Shown here: one piece after another, positions 19,314 through 44,479 of the stretch
How positions within the stretch are numbered: position 1 is the first letter of the stretch
Layout of the letters: each line of letters opens with the position of its first letter
Assembly (NCBI RefSeq): GCF_009914755.1
Contig: NC_060940.1
Length of the DNA: 64,000 bases
Source of the DNA: the human T2T-CHM13v2.0 reference genome, Homo sapiens
Strand: one strand, 5' to 3'
Translations under genes and position numbers: made by a program
Notes under the pieces: model-generated
Databases searched by the model: none
Seen by the model: the letters and a program-made list of their open reading frames with translations, nothing else
Told to the model about the DNA's origin: nothing

Positions 19314-20129
19314 CACACGACCGCACTTCAGGCTGGGCGACAGAGCTAGATTCCATCTCAAAAAAAATAAAACAAAAAGGAGTCACCTCCCCCGAGAGGC
19401 CTCTGGACCACCCCATCTGAGCAGGCCACTCTTCCTTCTCTATCTTACCATCTTGTTTCTGTCCCAGTAGTTAGGGCTACCTCCAGTAATCCTATTTGTC
19501 CCTTTACTGTTTAGTGCGTCTCGCTTGACTAGAAGCTCCATGAAAGCAAGAGACCCTACCTGCCTCCTTCGCCACTAGACCCCCAGGGCCTGGTATGTGG
19601 TGATCGCTCAGGGCCCATTTTCTTCCTTTCCTCCTCCTCCAAGGGTGGGGAAAGAGCATCAGAAGGTCTAGGTGGCCCCAGGCCCAAACAATGCTCCTTT
19701 AAAAGGAAACCAGATTGTTACAAAGGTCAGAGGCTGAAAAGTTATTTCCGCCTTTTATCCCTCTAAATTCTTCACTTCCTGAAAAAACAAACAAACAAAA
19801 AAGCCACTGAGGGCCCTTGGACTAAATCCAGGCCTCAGTTGCTGGGCAGAGGTCAGTCTTGTCCAGACATGGGAAAAAAATAACTCGAGTCAGACAGGTG
19901 GGTCACCAGAGAACGAATCCAGCCTGCAAATGGCCTGTGCAATCTTCAGCTCTGTCCAGACCTGCCTCCCTTTGGGGATGCCTTTAAAGGTGATGAATGA
20001 TCTGGATGAATGGGCTTAGAAGATAAGAGGGAAAAACAAATATCACAGGTCAAATCGTTATTTGTCTTCAAGTTTAACACCGTCTACTGGACTAAAAGAT
20101 GTCCAAAGAATAGTTGTTCAACTATGTAA

Positions 20130-24180
<4,051 letters not shown>

Positions 24181-24999
24181 CACACCTAGGTGATTTTTAA
24201 AGTTCTTCTAGTAGAGACAGGGTCTCACTATGTCGGGTCGCCGTGTTTGATGTCAGTTTTCCCTGCCAGAATCTACAATCTCCTTGATCACCATTATATC
24301 CCAACGTAGAGCTCAGTACCTGGTACAAAGCACATTTGATCAATACTTGCTGAATAAAGAAATAAAAATGAAGAGGCACTCCAGCCTGGGCAACAGAGTG
24401 AGATGGTCTCAAAAAAACAAAAACAACAACAAAAAACGACTGGAAAGGAGATGAGGGTACTTGTGAAGCCATATTATATGACACGCTCTGTGCTAGGACT
24501 TTTATATACCTTGTCTCATCTCTTCATCTCATATAATCCTTACAAGGATCTCAAAAGTGGGGAAATCCCCATATAACTGAAGACGAAGGCAGTTCAGAAG
24601 TTCACTGATTTGCCCTAAGGTTCCTCAATTTGCAAACGTCAGGCCAATGATCCAACCCCAGGTATGTTTGGCAGTGAAGGACCAGTTGAGTCACAGCTGC
24701 AAGTAACCACCCTGCAGTGGTCCCTATCTTGGCCGTTAGCTTACATTGACATTTAACACTCAAATTTACTCAGTAACACCAGCTATCATGTTTTCCACTA
24801 AAACTCCACAGCATTCTGGCAACTTTTCTATTTTAGAGCAATAAAGTAAATTGTTAGCATCCCTTTGACATATAAATATTTCTACAAATAGTAATTCTCT
24901 AGCCATTCATTTGGAGTATTTAAAACTCAACATTCATAGCACATTTTATGTGACAAAGAACTTCTGTTCAGAACACAAAAATAAGTCGTACATCTTCAT

Positions 25000-25678
25000 T
25001 AAAAACGGGTGAAGAATTTGAACAAACATTTGCAAACTAAAATACAAATGAAATACACTCAACATCATTAGTCATCAAGAAAATAAAATTATGAGATAAT
25101 CACTAATAATCACTACATATGCACCACAGTGATTAAAATTTTTTTAAGTTAAGCCACGTGACCCAACAAGGTGCATTCACTCAAGAGAAACGCAAATATA
25201 TGTCCACTCAAAGACTTGCACATGAATGTTGAGAGCAGGTTTATACTGAATAGCGCAATGTGAAAAAACCCCAAAATCTAGCAAAGGATGAAGGGAGAAA
25301 TAAACTGTGGTATATACATACAATAGAACACTACTCAATAATAAAAAGGATTATATTCCTGATACATGCAATATGGGTGAACCGTAAAAATATCATGCTG
25401 AGCAAGAGAAGCCAAACACAAGAGAACATGTTGTTATGATTTCACGTACATGAAACTTTAGTAAAGACAAGTCTAATCCATAGTGACAGAAAGCAAATCA
25501 GTAACTGCTGACAGGGGCAAATGAGGAGATGATCTCAAGGGAACCTTCTGGGGTAAGACGCTGTTCTGTATCTCGATCGTATTGGTGGTCACACAAGTGA
25601 AGACATGTTAGAACTCATCAAACCATACACTTAGAATGTGTAATATAAACCTCAATAAAGCAAAATTAAAAAAAAAAA
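25000..25678 (+). mobile_element. old L1M 3' fragment
   Basis: aaactgtggtatatacatacaatagaacactactca; cctcaataaagc plus A-tail. Confidence 0.65.
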
Positions 25679-25698
25679 CCACCTTTAATTTTCTCTTA

Positions 25699-25872
<174 letters not shown>

Positions 25873-26577
25873 TCAACGTAAAACAGGCTGTTGATATGTT
25901 TGCAGATATATAGCAAGTCTTAAGTCCAAGACTGCAATATAGTTTGGCTACTTCAGATTGATTGCAGTAGTTTTATCTATTACACTATACCCTTCCATCA
26001 TTTATCTTCTACTCACAAGAGGCAAGCACACAGTAAGATAAAGCCTTTTGTTTTGAAGGGAAATCTTCTTCAGAATATTAAGTCTAATTTATCAATATAC
26101 TTAATAAAGCACATTACAAAAAAAATGTCACAGCACATTTACTATAAAGCAGACTGCAGAAAAACATTACAACTAATGCTTTATTATGAAGTTCTCGAAG
26201 ATCACCATTCATTCAGAAGCCCCCATCTCTGGTCGAACTTTACCCCATTTAGGATGAAGAGGAGAGATCTTTGTTTGCAGCAAATCTAAAATTTACGTAA
26301 TCCGCCTAAAGGAACTGTCTTTACATACACCACCTCCCACCCCAAAAATAGAAGAAAAAACTGAGCAATTTGCCATCCTTGCGATTATCTCAGGTTCTTC
26401 CATCTGCCCCATGTACTTCCCAAATGAAAGACTGCCTGAAAACGGCATGTTAGATTTCTGGATTTACCAGCTTGCCCAACTACAAATCCTATTCCAAAAA
26501 ACTCAAAAAATAAGGTCTTTGTTCTACAGTAATGACCATTAATAGTCATAAGAGTGTGCTTGTAAAAATATACAGAC

Positions 26578-26751
<174 letters not shown>

Positions 26752-27110
26752 TTACTGTCAATTAATAAAAATTACAATTCATAACCACTCAAAGAATAAA
26801 GCAATTGATAAGATGCTATCAAACTGACATCCAAAGTTAGGGGGCAGTAAGAGGAGCAGCCTGCTCTATAATAAAATGATATCAGCAAGTCAAGACATTT
26901 GCTTTTGGGGATTTTTACATTTTATTTCATTTCAACCTCAGTTTTTGTTGGCAAGCAGCATTCATATATCATATGACTTCTACAACTAAAATGAAGCTAT
27001 TAGCACTAGTATTTAGTAATCTAGTAACTCTCCTTCCAGCCCTCTTCACCCCATGTATGTTTATCACATGATATACACAATGTACATTTACCTCCGTAAG
27101 AGTAAACTTA

Positions 27111-27259
<149 letters not shown>

Positions 27260-28214
27260 CTACAGAAGTTAAATGAAATGTCATTAAGTTAATGTGCTTT
27301 TATTATAAATTTTGATTTATGTTTGGCATTATTAAGAACTAATCACCAATGAACAGCTCCTTTAATATTTCAGGCAGTTAAACACTATAAGCATTACTGA
27401 GAGCTATATAAAAATCATACTTCATACAAAATTACTGTACCTCAGACCCCTAAAAAGCAGTTGCCTTCAAAGGCTCAAAAATCACTAAGTCGAGGTCAGG
27501 TGTGGTGGCTCACGCCTGTAATCCCAGCACTTTGGGAGGCCAAGGTGGGTGGATCACGAAGTCAGGAGTTCAAGACCAGCCTGGCCACGATGATGAAACC
27601 CCGTCTCTACTAAAAATACAAAAAATTAGCTGGGCACGGTGGCAGACACCTGTAATCCCAGCTACTCAGGGGGCCGAGGCAGGAGAATCACTTGAACTCA
27701 GAGGGCGGAGGTTGCAGTGAGCCGAAATCGCGCCACTGCACTCCAGCCTGGGCAACAGAGTGAGACTCTGTCTCAACAAAAAAGAAAATCGGTAAGTCAA
27801 TCTACTATTTAAGGGGACAAATCTAGACCTGCATTAGCAAATCTTGCTCAATCCAGAATACTCATTAAACTTTTTAATAACATCTTATCAAGTGTTCCAT
27901 TTGTGATAAAGAACTTAATGAGCCACATCAAGATGAAAATCAAGAAAAATATTTAGCTGAAACACTACTTTGTCCTTTATCAAACAAAATGGCTAGATAA
28001 ATCTCAAAGTATTAAGGTGGTCATTTTTTTTATTTGACTTAATTTTAAGTGCTTTTCATTTCCCAAATCAAACATAAATAGGGCAGCCCTAAATTTGTTG
28101 CTTCACATGGGATTCTGCCCCCACAAAAATGTAAAATAACTTCCAGATTTTCCAGTAAAATATACTAAGCCAAACATTTTGAGCAACTTGTCCACTAAAA
28201 TAACTTTAAAACTA

Positions 28215-28427
<213 letters not shown>

Positions 28428-29099
28428 CTAGGAAGACAGCAAAGTACACAGCATTTTTCTGACAAAATTCCTTCCACGAGGATGCCATTATTTTGGTTTT
28501 TATGTTGAAGATGTGACTACCACTTAATTAGTACTCAAATTGGAGTGGCAAACCAGAAAGTCACAGCTACAGACTTTCAGTGGAGCTGACTCGCCCCTGT
28601 GTCTCCTTCCTGTTTTCATGTGTTGCAGCCTGTTCTCTTCAGAGCCTGACACACTGACAGTAGACCTCTGCAGGACAACTTTGACACCCAGTTCTCTCCA
28701 AGCTGCCAGTGAGCTCCCTGTGCAGCCTCACTCCTCACCTACAGCATGAGCCCTTGCAGCTCTCCCAGCATCACAATCTTGTATCTCAGTCCTGGCTTCT
28801 TTCACTGCTGGCATCCCTCTGTCTCTCCCTTTTTCACCTACTTTTCTTTTTTCAAAGAATTCTTCTCTTTCATCTGCTTATATGAAAAATAATGACACCT
28901 CTGAAATTCTTTCCTGTAGTTCTGCAGCATCAATGCCAGGAAGACAGGCCTCATCCTCCCAGCTTCTATGCTGCTCCTTTCAGATCCCTTACCCTGTCCC
29001 CATTTTCATGACACGGGCTCTCCAGCCAGGAAGAAGACACTGTTTCTCACTCTCTCTTTTCCATCTTTGCCTGTCCCTCTCGCTGTGTAACTTCCCTTA

Positions 29100-30680
29100 T
29101 AACTCAGCCTGAGGCCAGTGCTAGAAAGGCACATCACCTGACTTATTCTGTGCCTGATTCTACCTAGATCAGTGCAACCACTGGCTTCTCAGGGGGACCC
29201 TTGAGTACTGGGCACTGATGAACTGCTGCCAACACAGTCATCATTTCTGCCATTAAAAGGTCCTAAGTCCTCTCCAGTGGCAGGTTCCCCAAGTCCCCAC
29301 TATGCTCTATAATGCCCTATGCTTTCAGCTAATGACTCAGTCCTCAGAAAAAACAAACAAATAAACAAAAAAACACAGGCTTTAATTTCCTCTACCCCTA
29401 CCCCCAATCCACCATACACTGCCGAAATTCTGTCTATACCAACTTTGACTGCTTTCCTTGAGGCAGAGAAAAGGTGAGGGCCAGTTAATCTATCAATGTT
29501 CTTTCTCCTGTTTCTTCAACCTCTGCTTTCTAGTGGCTCCTTCCCCTTGGCCAAAAGAACATAATCTCTCCAACATTTAAAATAAACATCTCATATTTCC
29601 CTCCAGCAACAGCTTCCTATCCTCGACTTCAAGAAAAACTCACTGACCAAATAACTTACCTCAAGCTTTTCATTTTCAAATGTCTCTACCACTCAATACT
29701 ATTCAATCTAGCTTCTTCTGTCTCTCTACAAAACTCTTTTTCCTTATAATCCCTAGAGCATCTGACAAGGCTGACTACTCCCATCTGGATGTCCTATATC
29801 TAGGGCACTTCCCTTCTCAATGTCCCTGTTATTTTTTTGAATGGCTTCCTCTTCTATCCTTTCACAAAAATGCTAAACTAGGATTCTGACCCAGGCCTTC
29901 CTTCCTCTTCACTCACTATTCTCCAGAGGCTTCTCTCTGGTTTGGTTGCTTACAAAGGCTCTAGAGTATAGAGACTGAAAAGGAAAGAGGGCCTTTTCTG
30001 TGTACTAATCATCTGCAAATCTCTCAAGCTTAGACTGTCTCCTTAGTTCAAAATCCAATTCTTAACAGCTTACCCAACAATCTCATCTGCACATTTCATT
30101 AGAAATCTTAAAACATGGCTTGTTCTCTGTGTGCTCCTACTCCAGTTAATAGCATTGTTTCTCTTCCCTCTACCATTGCCCCCATAAATTAATGGTCTCC
30201 ATGCTTCCATACTTGCCCCGCACCTCCAGTCTCTTCACCACAGCAGAATGAACCAAGTCAGATCACAACACATCTCTGTTCAAATCCCACCTGAAATTTT
30301 CAGTCTTACTAGAATAACAGCCAAAGTTCTTCTCAGTTCCCAGCTACTTCTCTGCCCTTATATCCTACTGTTTAAGGCGCTCCTAAACACACAGGCCTCC
30401 CAGCTATTTCCAGAACACTCCAAGCCCATCATTCTCACATCAGGTCTAGGCCCAAAGGGCATCCTGATGGGCATGTCTTGACCTTGTGTCTTCCCTCCAA
30501 AGAAGGTCAGCTTTACCTAACTGCTTTCCTTATGGCACAGAAAAGGTGAGTGAGGTCCAATTAGTCCTTCTATCAATAATCTTTATCTAATCTTTGCTTT
30601 AAAAGGTTGGAATTTGTGTCTGTTTTATGTGCTGCCTGGGTCACAGCACATGCTCAGTGAAGCAATTACACATTAACCCA
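29100..30680 (+). mobile_element. degraded L2 fragments
   Basis: pyrimidine-rich L2-like sequence ending in gcacatgctcagtgaa-type 3' motif; boundaries approximate. Confidence 0.45.
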
Positions 30681-31204
30681 TTTAGCAGTAGAAGTATCAG
30701 ACAAAGTCTAATGACCTTTATCTTCCCAGCCAAGTGTCTGCAACAGAGTGCTCAGTTTTGAATTACAGAATTAATAAAAGCACAGAGGAATGAGAAGAAA
30801 GTTTAATTTACAGATGTTCACAAACTCTGTCCTCATTAGAATAAATGTTTTTGATATATTCAGACCTCATTTAGAAACAAAGCCATCAAATGTGATTCTT
30901 TCTAAAGCAGTACAAATTTTTCTTTATATTCACTCTGGCATAATCTTCAAACTGTATTAAGGTTTTAGAACAACAGGTTCTGAAAATTAATACCAAATGA
31001 CTATCTCAGCAGTGTTTTCCCATTATACAAATACCTTCCCTCATCTCTGATGTCAGTTTCCTGTTGTCATTTTCATAATGGCAGTAAGTTAGAAATATAA
31101 CCATTTTGTATTACTACATATGACCAATTTTAATATTTTTTTGCCATAGGAAAAACATCGTAGTTATTGGAAATTTGTTTTATAACTGGAAACAGAAAGC
31201 CTTA

Positions 31205-31441
<237 letters not shown>

Positions 31442-31481
31442 TCAGATCAATTAGAAATATTTCAAAGAGCACAGAAACCTA

Positions 31482-31721
<240 letters not shown>

Positions 31722-31766
31722 TTATTTCTTTATTTATCTACTTACTTACTTTTTTTTTTTTTTTGA

Positions 31767-32074
<308 letters not shown>

Positions 32075-32077
32075 TGA

Positions 32078-32353
<276 letters not shown>

Positions 32354-33244
32354 TAAACACACATATCTCATTTCCCCCCTCCCACAAAAAATGGTGCAAG
32401 AATAAACTGAGCTAAAACAGTGAGTTGACTATGGTGGGGGGAGGTTTGATGTCTTCCTCACAACTATGAAACTAAATTTAAAAGTGGTTAAATGTTTTTT
32501 AAAAAATGTAAGAGTATAAAAGAACTAGTGGAAAATATTGATAAGTAACTGATGTCAGTGTGTGGAAAGGCTTTGTAGAAGGATAAAATGCAAGAAAAGA
32601 TGCACAAGTAACAGCATCTAGATGCATAATGCTGAAATACAACACTAAACATTAAAAACAAATTATAAATCAAGAAATTGGATAGCATCAACAATCTTAG
32701 TATTTAATGAAATTTCACAGATTAACACAGGAAAAATTGAGAGGCCATGAAGACATGATCCATGTTTTAAAAAATCACAAATGGTCACTATATGGGGCAA
32801 CTTCTACTATTAGTCATTAATACATATAGAAATGTAAAGTACAATAACTATTTTCGCTGATGGTGGTGGCAGCATTCTTGTTTCTCAGTGACTCTCAGTA
32901 TCCACAAAGGTGAAGGGAAGGGGGTACTCTATTATTAAGGGTATACATTGCAGCCATCTTTTCTGTAGAGTAACTTAGCAATAGAATATATCATAAGACT
33001 TATGGTTTGGCAGCCTTTCTTCTAGTAAATCAGTTTATGAGAATGGATTCCAAGAAAGTAATCAGAAATATAAGCAAAGATATTAAGTGCTATGGTACAT
33101 TTAGTAAAAAAAAAAATCAGAAACAACCTTAATGCCCAACAGTAAGAAATATTAAATTATGGTACACTCATAAATACAAATCTTTATTAAAAATAACACT
33201 GTAGAATACTTAACATGGCAATTTTTTTTTTTTTTTTTTTTTGA

Positions 33245-33451
<207 letters not shown>

Positions 33452-34187
33452 TGACCTCAGGTGATCCACCTGCCTCGGCCTCCCAAAGTGCTGGGAATAC
33501 AGATGTAAGACACCGAACCCAGCCTACCTAACATGGCAAATTTTTTTTTTAAATATTGAGTGGGAAAAACAGATCATAAAACCATGTGCCTATGTATGCT
33601 GCTGTTTTGGTGAAGAATGGAGAAAACGACATGAAAGAAAAAAGAATTACAAAGCATATGGATATGGAAATATGGGACTACAAAAGGACACACAACAGAA
33701 GTTACTACAAAGATATGGAAGAATGAGCAGTTCTTTTATTTTCCTAAATTCGCAAGATTTCATTAAACTAACATAAATGGACACAGAATATTATGGTACA
33801 AGCTCCTCTATCTGGAGGAAGCAATGAGTCTGAATGTAGAGTTCACAGGACTAATGAGCAAATACTCTGACAATAAAGGGTAATTTGTATCAGACTCTGA
33901 GGGGGAAGGAGCTCAACTAGGGATCAAGTTCAAAAGCATTTATAAAACAACTGACAGGTCTTGTTTTTCAGTGTGATTTGCCACTAATTCTTAAATAAGA
34001 AAGGCACTCAAGTATTGCTGCTAACTAAAGAACAAACTGAAGATGCCTCCTGGTGAAGTGATTTATAGCAAGCTTCAATGCTGAAAGCAAACAAAGCTGT
34101 TTTAAGATTTGGCTACAATGTCAGTGAGTAATACAAAGAATTTAAACATAAAGTAATTCTATCACCCATTTCCTTCCCTCCAACCTA

Positions 34188-34355
<168 letters not shown>

Positions 34356-35424
34356 TCAGAAAAGTTAGTCACCCAATACCATTAAAACATAAATCCCTAT
34401 AAAATTTACAACTGATCACAGTCTGTGCCTGCTTAAAGCCAAATGTATTTAACAATTATTTTCACAATTTTCACATTATTTAGCTCAGAATTATTTAAAA
34501 TGTTACATATAAAATAGCCACAAAGGGTGACTAACAGAACCTTAGCAGCACATGGATGTTTGTACCCCGACCCCGAAGTTACCCAAACATTTAACCTGTG
34601 ACCTCTGTAGGAATAACACATGGAGTAAAAAGAAAGCAAAAATTAAATATAAATAAACAGGAATTAAAGAATGATTAACTTCATGTGTTTGAATACTGCT
34701 TGACATTACCTGAATTGCTAAACATTTTGTTATTTTTGGATTCCAGTTATTTATTGTGAGCCCACTTTCAAGCCAGGAATTACTCAAGCATTTGTCATAC
34801 GTTATAAAAACAATTTCTCCTGGCCAGGTGCAGTGGTTCATGCCTGTAATCCCAGCACTTTGGAAGGCCAAGGTGGGCAGATCACTTGTGGTCAGGAGTT
34901 CGAGACCAGCCTGGCCAACATGGTGAAACCCTGTCTCTACTAAAAATACAAAACTTAGCTGGGTATGGTGGTGGGTGCCTGTAATCCCAGGGACTGAGGC
35001 AAGAAGAGGCTTGAATCCGAGAGGCGGAGCTTACAGTGAGCTGAGATCACACAACTGCACTCCAGCCTGGGCGACAGAGTGCTGTGTCTCAAAAAAATAA
35101 ATAAATAAATAAAAAATATCCCCCATAAACAAATTTTCAGAATTACCTTTAAAGTTCTAAACTTTGCACATAAGAAATATAGTTTTAACATGTTCTAAGA
35201 TGAATATTGTTTTAACATGAACAAAAACATGAACATTATTTTAACTTCTAACACTGTTTTAACACGAATAAAATAGGTAACTCTGGCAGTTGTTGCTTTT
35301 ACAAAATACAGGATAAAAACCTTTGAAAATGAATCCAAGCTTTAACTTATTTTATCCATAGATTAAATCATACCAAAGGAATTAAACCATGTTTTTCTTA
35401 TTAACAGACTTAAAATGAATTTCA

Positions 35425-35628
<204 letters not shown>

Positions 35629-35664
35629 TCAGGACTGGTTCAATTTGTAGGTAAGGATGTCTCA

Positions 35665-35997
<333 letters not shown>

Positions 35998-36282
35998 TTA
36001 AAAATCTTAAAAGTTCCTAGAATAAGTGTGAGTTTTTTATGATCAATTCACATTTATCAAGTATCCTCTGTCTACCCATCATTTAAAAATAAAAAATCCC
36101 AACATGAAAGATCTTTCATTTTAGGGGAAAAAAATATATATTTTTTCCACACAACTCCCATAAGTTTTGGGAAAAAAACAAACATATTTCCAATGCAATT
36201 ATTCAATGAAAGCTTATTCTAACAAACATACCTGAAAATTACTGACTTCTTTTCAAAAAAATCATATACTCTCAAATCTTTA

Positions 36283-36765
<483 letters not shown>

Positions 36766-37108
36766 TTAGGGTAAACGGCTCATGCCGGTCAGGAATGAAA
36801 CTCATTCAATGCAACTAAGCATCTCTAGAATATCTCCACCCCCACCCCATTCCCCAAAGTGTTAATGACATCACATCAGTTAACTGTTAACCACATTTCA
36901 TTACTCAATTTCAAAGCCCATTTTTGTTTCTACAGATGCTATCTTCAAAGTAATTTTCCTATTGATGAAAACTGAAATAACCCATATGAGAAGAATGTTA
37001 CTTGATACTCTGCCACCCCCAAACATATTTTCTCTTCAAAACTGCATGTAAAGTCAAGGGAATCTTAAAATTATCTTTCCTAGATAAAATAGTCAAAGAA
37101 ATGCCTTA

Positions 37109-37294
<186 letters not shown>

Positions 37295-37682
37295 TTAAAA
37301 GGTTAGCACATACTGTAAGTGGATTATTTACTTATTAACTCACTGGAGGTAAAAATATAGAAAAATTGAGACTTTCAAATGGATACGGAGATGTGATTAC
37401 AACTTTAGATCCTTTTTTTATTCACTTCAGATGGGTCATGTGCCGACATCATAAGAGGATTTGAGGGAGGCATATCAAACATGTGAACATAAAAACCCAA
37501 TCATTATGCTTATGTATTACAAAAGGATCAAGTTTAGGCTCTTAAAAGCTCCCAAATCAACTTGATCAAAAACAATAAAAGATTACTGTTTAGTTTTTCA
37601 AATATCTGAGCTACTAAGAAACATATTTTGGCACTACATGAGTTATTCTATACTAATTATTGTGAGCCTATAAAGCTCATTA

Positions 37683-38158
<476 letters not shown>

Positions 38159-38464
38159 TTAAAAGACAGCTACTTTCAGCTGGCCAAAAGAAATTATATC
38201 CCAGTTTGTCATAATTATCTGAATCCATTCATTCATTCAACAAAGAGTGAGTGCCTACTCTAGACTAGGCACTGTTCTTGTCCAGAATCCTCATTGACTG
38301 TCACGTTTGGAAAAATGACACATTCAACAAAACCCACGTAATGTAACTGATGGGTCATCACACAAAACTTTTTCTGAGAGAAAATGTAAAAGTATATGCA
38401 AACTATAAACATTCACGTAAGCTTAAAAATGTGACAATCACTTCAAAACATTTTTCTAATACTA

Positions 38465-38806
<342 letters not shown>

Positions 38807-39443
38807 CTAGTCTTCTTACATTGGTTTTCTCTTGGTTTTTCAAACATCTCAAACAATAAAAAATAAAAATAAAAAATGAAACTATAGAAATTACTGTCAA
38901 AATTGTTGTGTGCCTTTTAAGAAAACCTCCCAACGCAGCATGATAATAGCAAAGAGGCCGGGCGTGGTGGCTTACCTGAGGTCAGGAGTTCAAGACCAGC
39001 CTGGCCAACAACATGGTGAAACACCATCTCTACTAAAAATACAAAAATTAGCTGGGTGTGGTGGCGGGCACCTGTAATCACGGCTACTTGGGAGGCTGAG
39101 GCAGAAGAATTGCTTGAACCTGGGAGGCAGAGGTTGCAGTGAGCAAAACTCCGTCTCAAAAACAAAAAAAGCATAGAATATTAAAAATCTATATATATTC
39201 TTCTATGAAACACTGGGGATGGGGGATTGAGGTTTTTCATGTATTTCTTTTCAGAAAGAATAAGAAAGCCTAGATTAAATAATAAAACCAAATTATAAGG
39301 TGTTTGACAGTAAAGAAGCTGCTCTACCTCACCTCTATAATCCACATTTTTAAAATTTTTTTGTAATTCACATTTCTTATTCTCAAATTATAAAGGCAAA
39401 TTAACAAAGTTAGGAATAGTTAATACTATATAAAATCTGTTAC

Positions 39444-39664
<221 letters not shown>

Positions 39665-39699
39665 TTAAATCAACATACATCTTTAAAATCTATCCATTA

Positions 39700-39945
<246 letters not shown>

Positions 39946-40153
39946 TTATCCTTCAAAACAGGGGTATTTGGACTTTTTTTTTTTATTTGGACATTTTTAA
40001 ATTAAAATTACAGATTGGAAGGGATCTAGTACACTACACCTTGGACAAATACTTTTTTGTGAAGTCAGTAAAGCCTTTGCGTGCAATATAGCATCTCTAT
40101 GCAATGCAGCAACTCCTTGTCTATCACTACAGTAAGAAAACAGCCACAGGTCA

Positions 40154-40600
<447 letters not shown>

Positions 40601-41461
40601 TCAGTCTCCCAAGTAGCTGGGACTACAGGTGCCCATCACCACGCCCTGCTAACTTTTGTATTTTTTTAGTAGAGATAGGGTTTCACCATGTTGGCCAGGC
40701 TGGTCTTGAACTCCTGAGCTCGGGTGATCTGCCTGTCTCGGTCTCCCGAGGGATTACAGGCGTGAACCACTGTGCCCAGCCCAACGAGAACTTTCTTTAC
40801 AAAAACAGGCACTAGTGTTGCGATGGTTGTACACTTCTGTGAATATACTAAAAATCAGTGAATTATACACTTAAAATAACAAACAAAAAACAGGTGCTGG
40901 GCTGTATTTGGCCCACGGACCATAGTTTGCTGATCTCTGGTCTAAACAGAGCCCTTTGTATGTGCCTTTTGCGGAAGTAGACTGTATTTCTTCAATTTTC
41001 CATATACTGCAAATGGCAAGGTGCCCTGTTCAATAAGGAAACAAAGGCACACCCTGCCACTATACACCTTTTCCATCCATCTTTTTCCTTTACACTGCCA
41101 AGACACTCCATTCCACCTGACTGCCCCAGCCCCACCCACTTTCTCCTTATTTCTAGAGTACAGGACATAAACATCTTTGAATCTGCAAATAATGTGAATA
41201 ATTTTCCTCAAAAATCAAGCTTTCATGTTTGAAGAAGAGTTTATTGTGACTTCAAACATAAGCTGTAACTGGTAATAAGCGAAGCAGCTATGGAATTATA
41301 CAAGGCAATCCAATCAAACAACATGGAGCACACTGAAGCGCAAACATCAAATTTTACCTTTTTCCTCCTAAAAACTTTATTCCCTAATTACATCCATTAC
41401 TTTCTTTGTTTCTTTCTTTCTTTTTTTTTTTTTTCTTTTGAGACAGAGTCTGGTTCTGTAG

Positions 41462-41740
<279 letters not shown>

Positions 41741-41818
41741 TAAAAATAATGTTTTTCAACTCTGTGTGGTCCAATAGGAAGAAGAAATACACAAACCATA
41801 AACAATAAATACAAATCA

Positions 41819-42929
<1,111 letters not shown>

Positions 42930-43366
42930 TATGAATGTTCCTAGGGAAAAAAAGACAGCCAAAATATAAGACCATGTATAAGAACTAACTTCAGTAGACA
43001 GAAAGAAAAAAGTACCAGGGGAAGAAGAAAGAGACCGCATTTTAAAACAACTATACAAATTTGAGCTGTAAGAAACACTGACATTTTCTATAAGCATGCT
43101 AGAGCAAATGGGAGAAATTCATAAGACGTTTTCTAGAAAATAAAACTAATATAAAAAAACTTATCAAGATTTGTCAAGGAAAAAGAAGAAACGTTAAATA
43201 TAATGGCAAGAAAACATTCCTACCAATTTTATTTATCCAGGCATGTCTTAAATATGGCTGTTTGTTACATACAGTGATTCTGCAGACATGTTGACATGAC
43301 AGTGAAATACATAAATATGTAATGAGAAAAGGCTTAACTGTGGATAAAACAAAGTCATTACAATTA

Positions 43367-43702
<336 letters not shown>

Positions 43703-44300
43703 TCACTATCTGTATTAGTGCTGATGATACAAATAAATTTAAGATTGATCAATTCACTGTCCGTAGCACTTAATATTTTAATTTTTAAAAAACCAATCAG
43801 AAAACTGACACAGATCAGTATGCTATTTCAAATCTATTAAGTTTTATCACAAATAAAGAGTACTATAAATGAAAACTGTCAATAGGAAATTTCCAAAATG
43901 GCCGTTTTTTTTTAAATAATCAACATCAAAAGACATATGCAAACAGCAATTTAAGACTGGGTTTCTTAAATCTACCAGGAAAGTCTGTGGTGGATTTGAC
44001 TAGGGGGTGGTTGAAAAGCCAGTCATTTTTGTTTACAAAATATACAGTACTTAATTTATAACTTTATAAATGTGTCAACTTGTTTTACCCTTATGAAAAT
44101 TTAATAAATTTAATAACAGCAAGAGATGCATAGTCTGAAAAGAGTATCTGGCACATCATTCATGAAAGTATTCAGTATGATTATCAAGAAATATAAATTT
44201 AAAAGAACAAATACAATCACTATATTCTAAATCAAACATTTCACATTTCACTCAATTTCACTTACATAGCCTGGTAAGCAACATTAGGTCCAACTCTTCA

Positions 44301-44444
<144 letters not shown>

Positions 44445-44479
44445 CTAAAAGAATAAAATTTTTAAAAAATGAGCTTCTC

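Noticed and set aside
35195-35270. Degenerate gttttaaca repeats with short spacers (superficially array-like)
   Set aside because: AT-rich low-complexity intron with irregular units; eukaryotic DNA, not a CRISPR array
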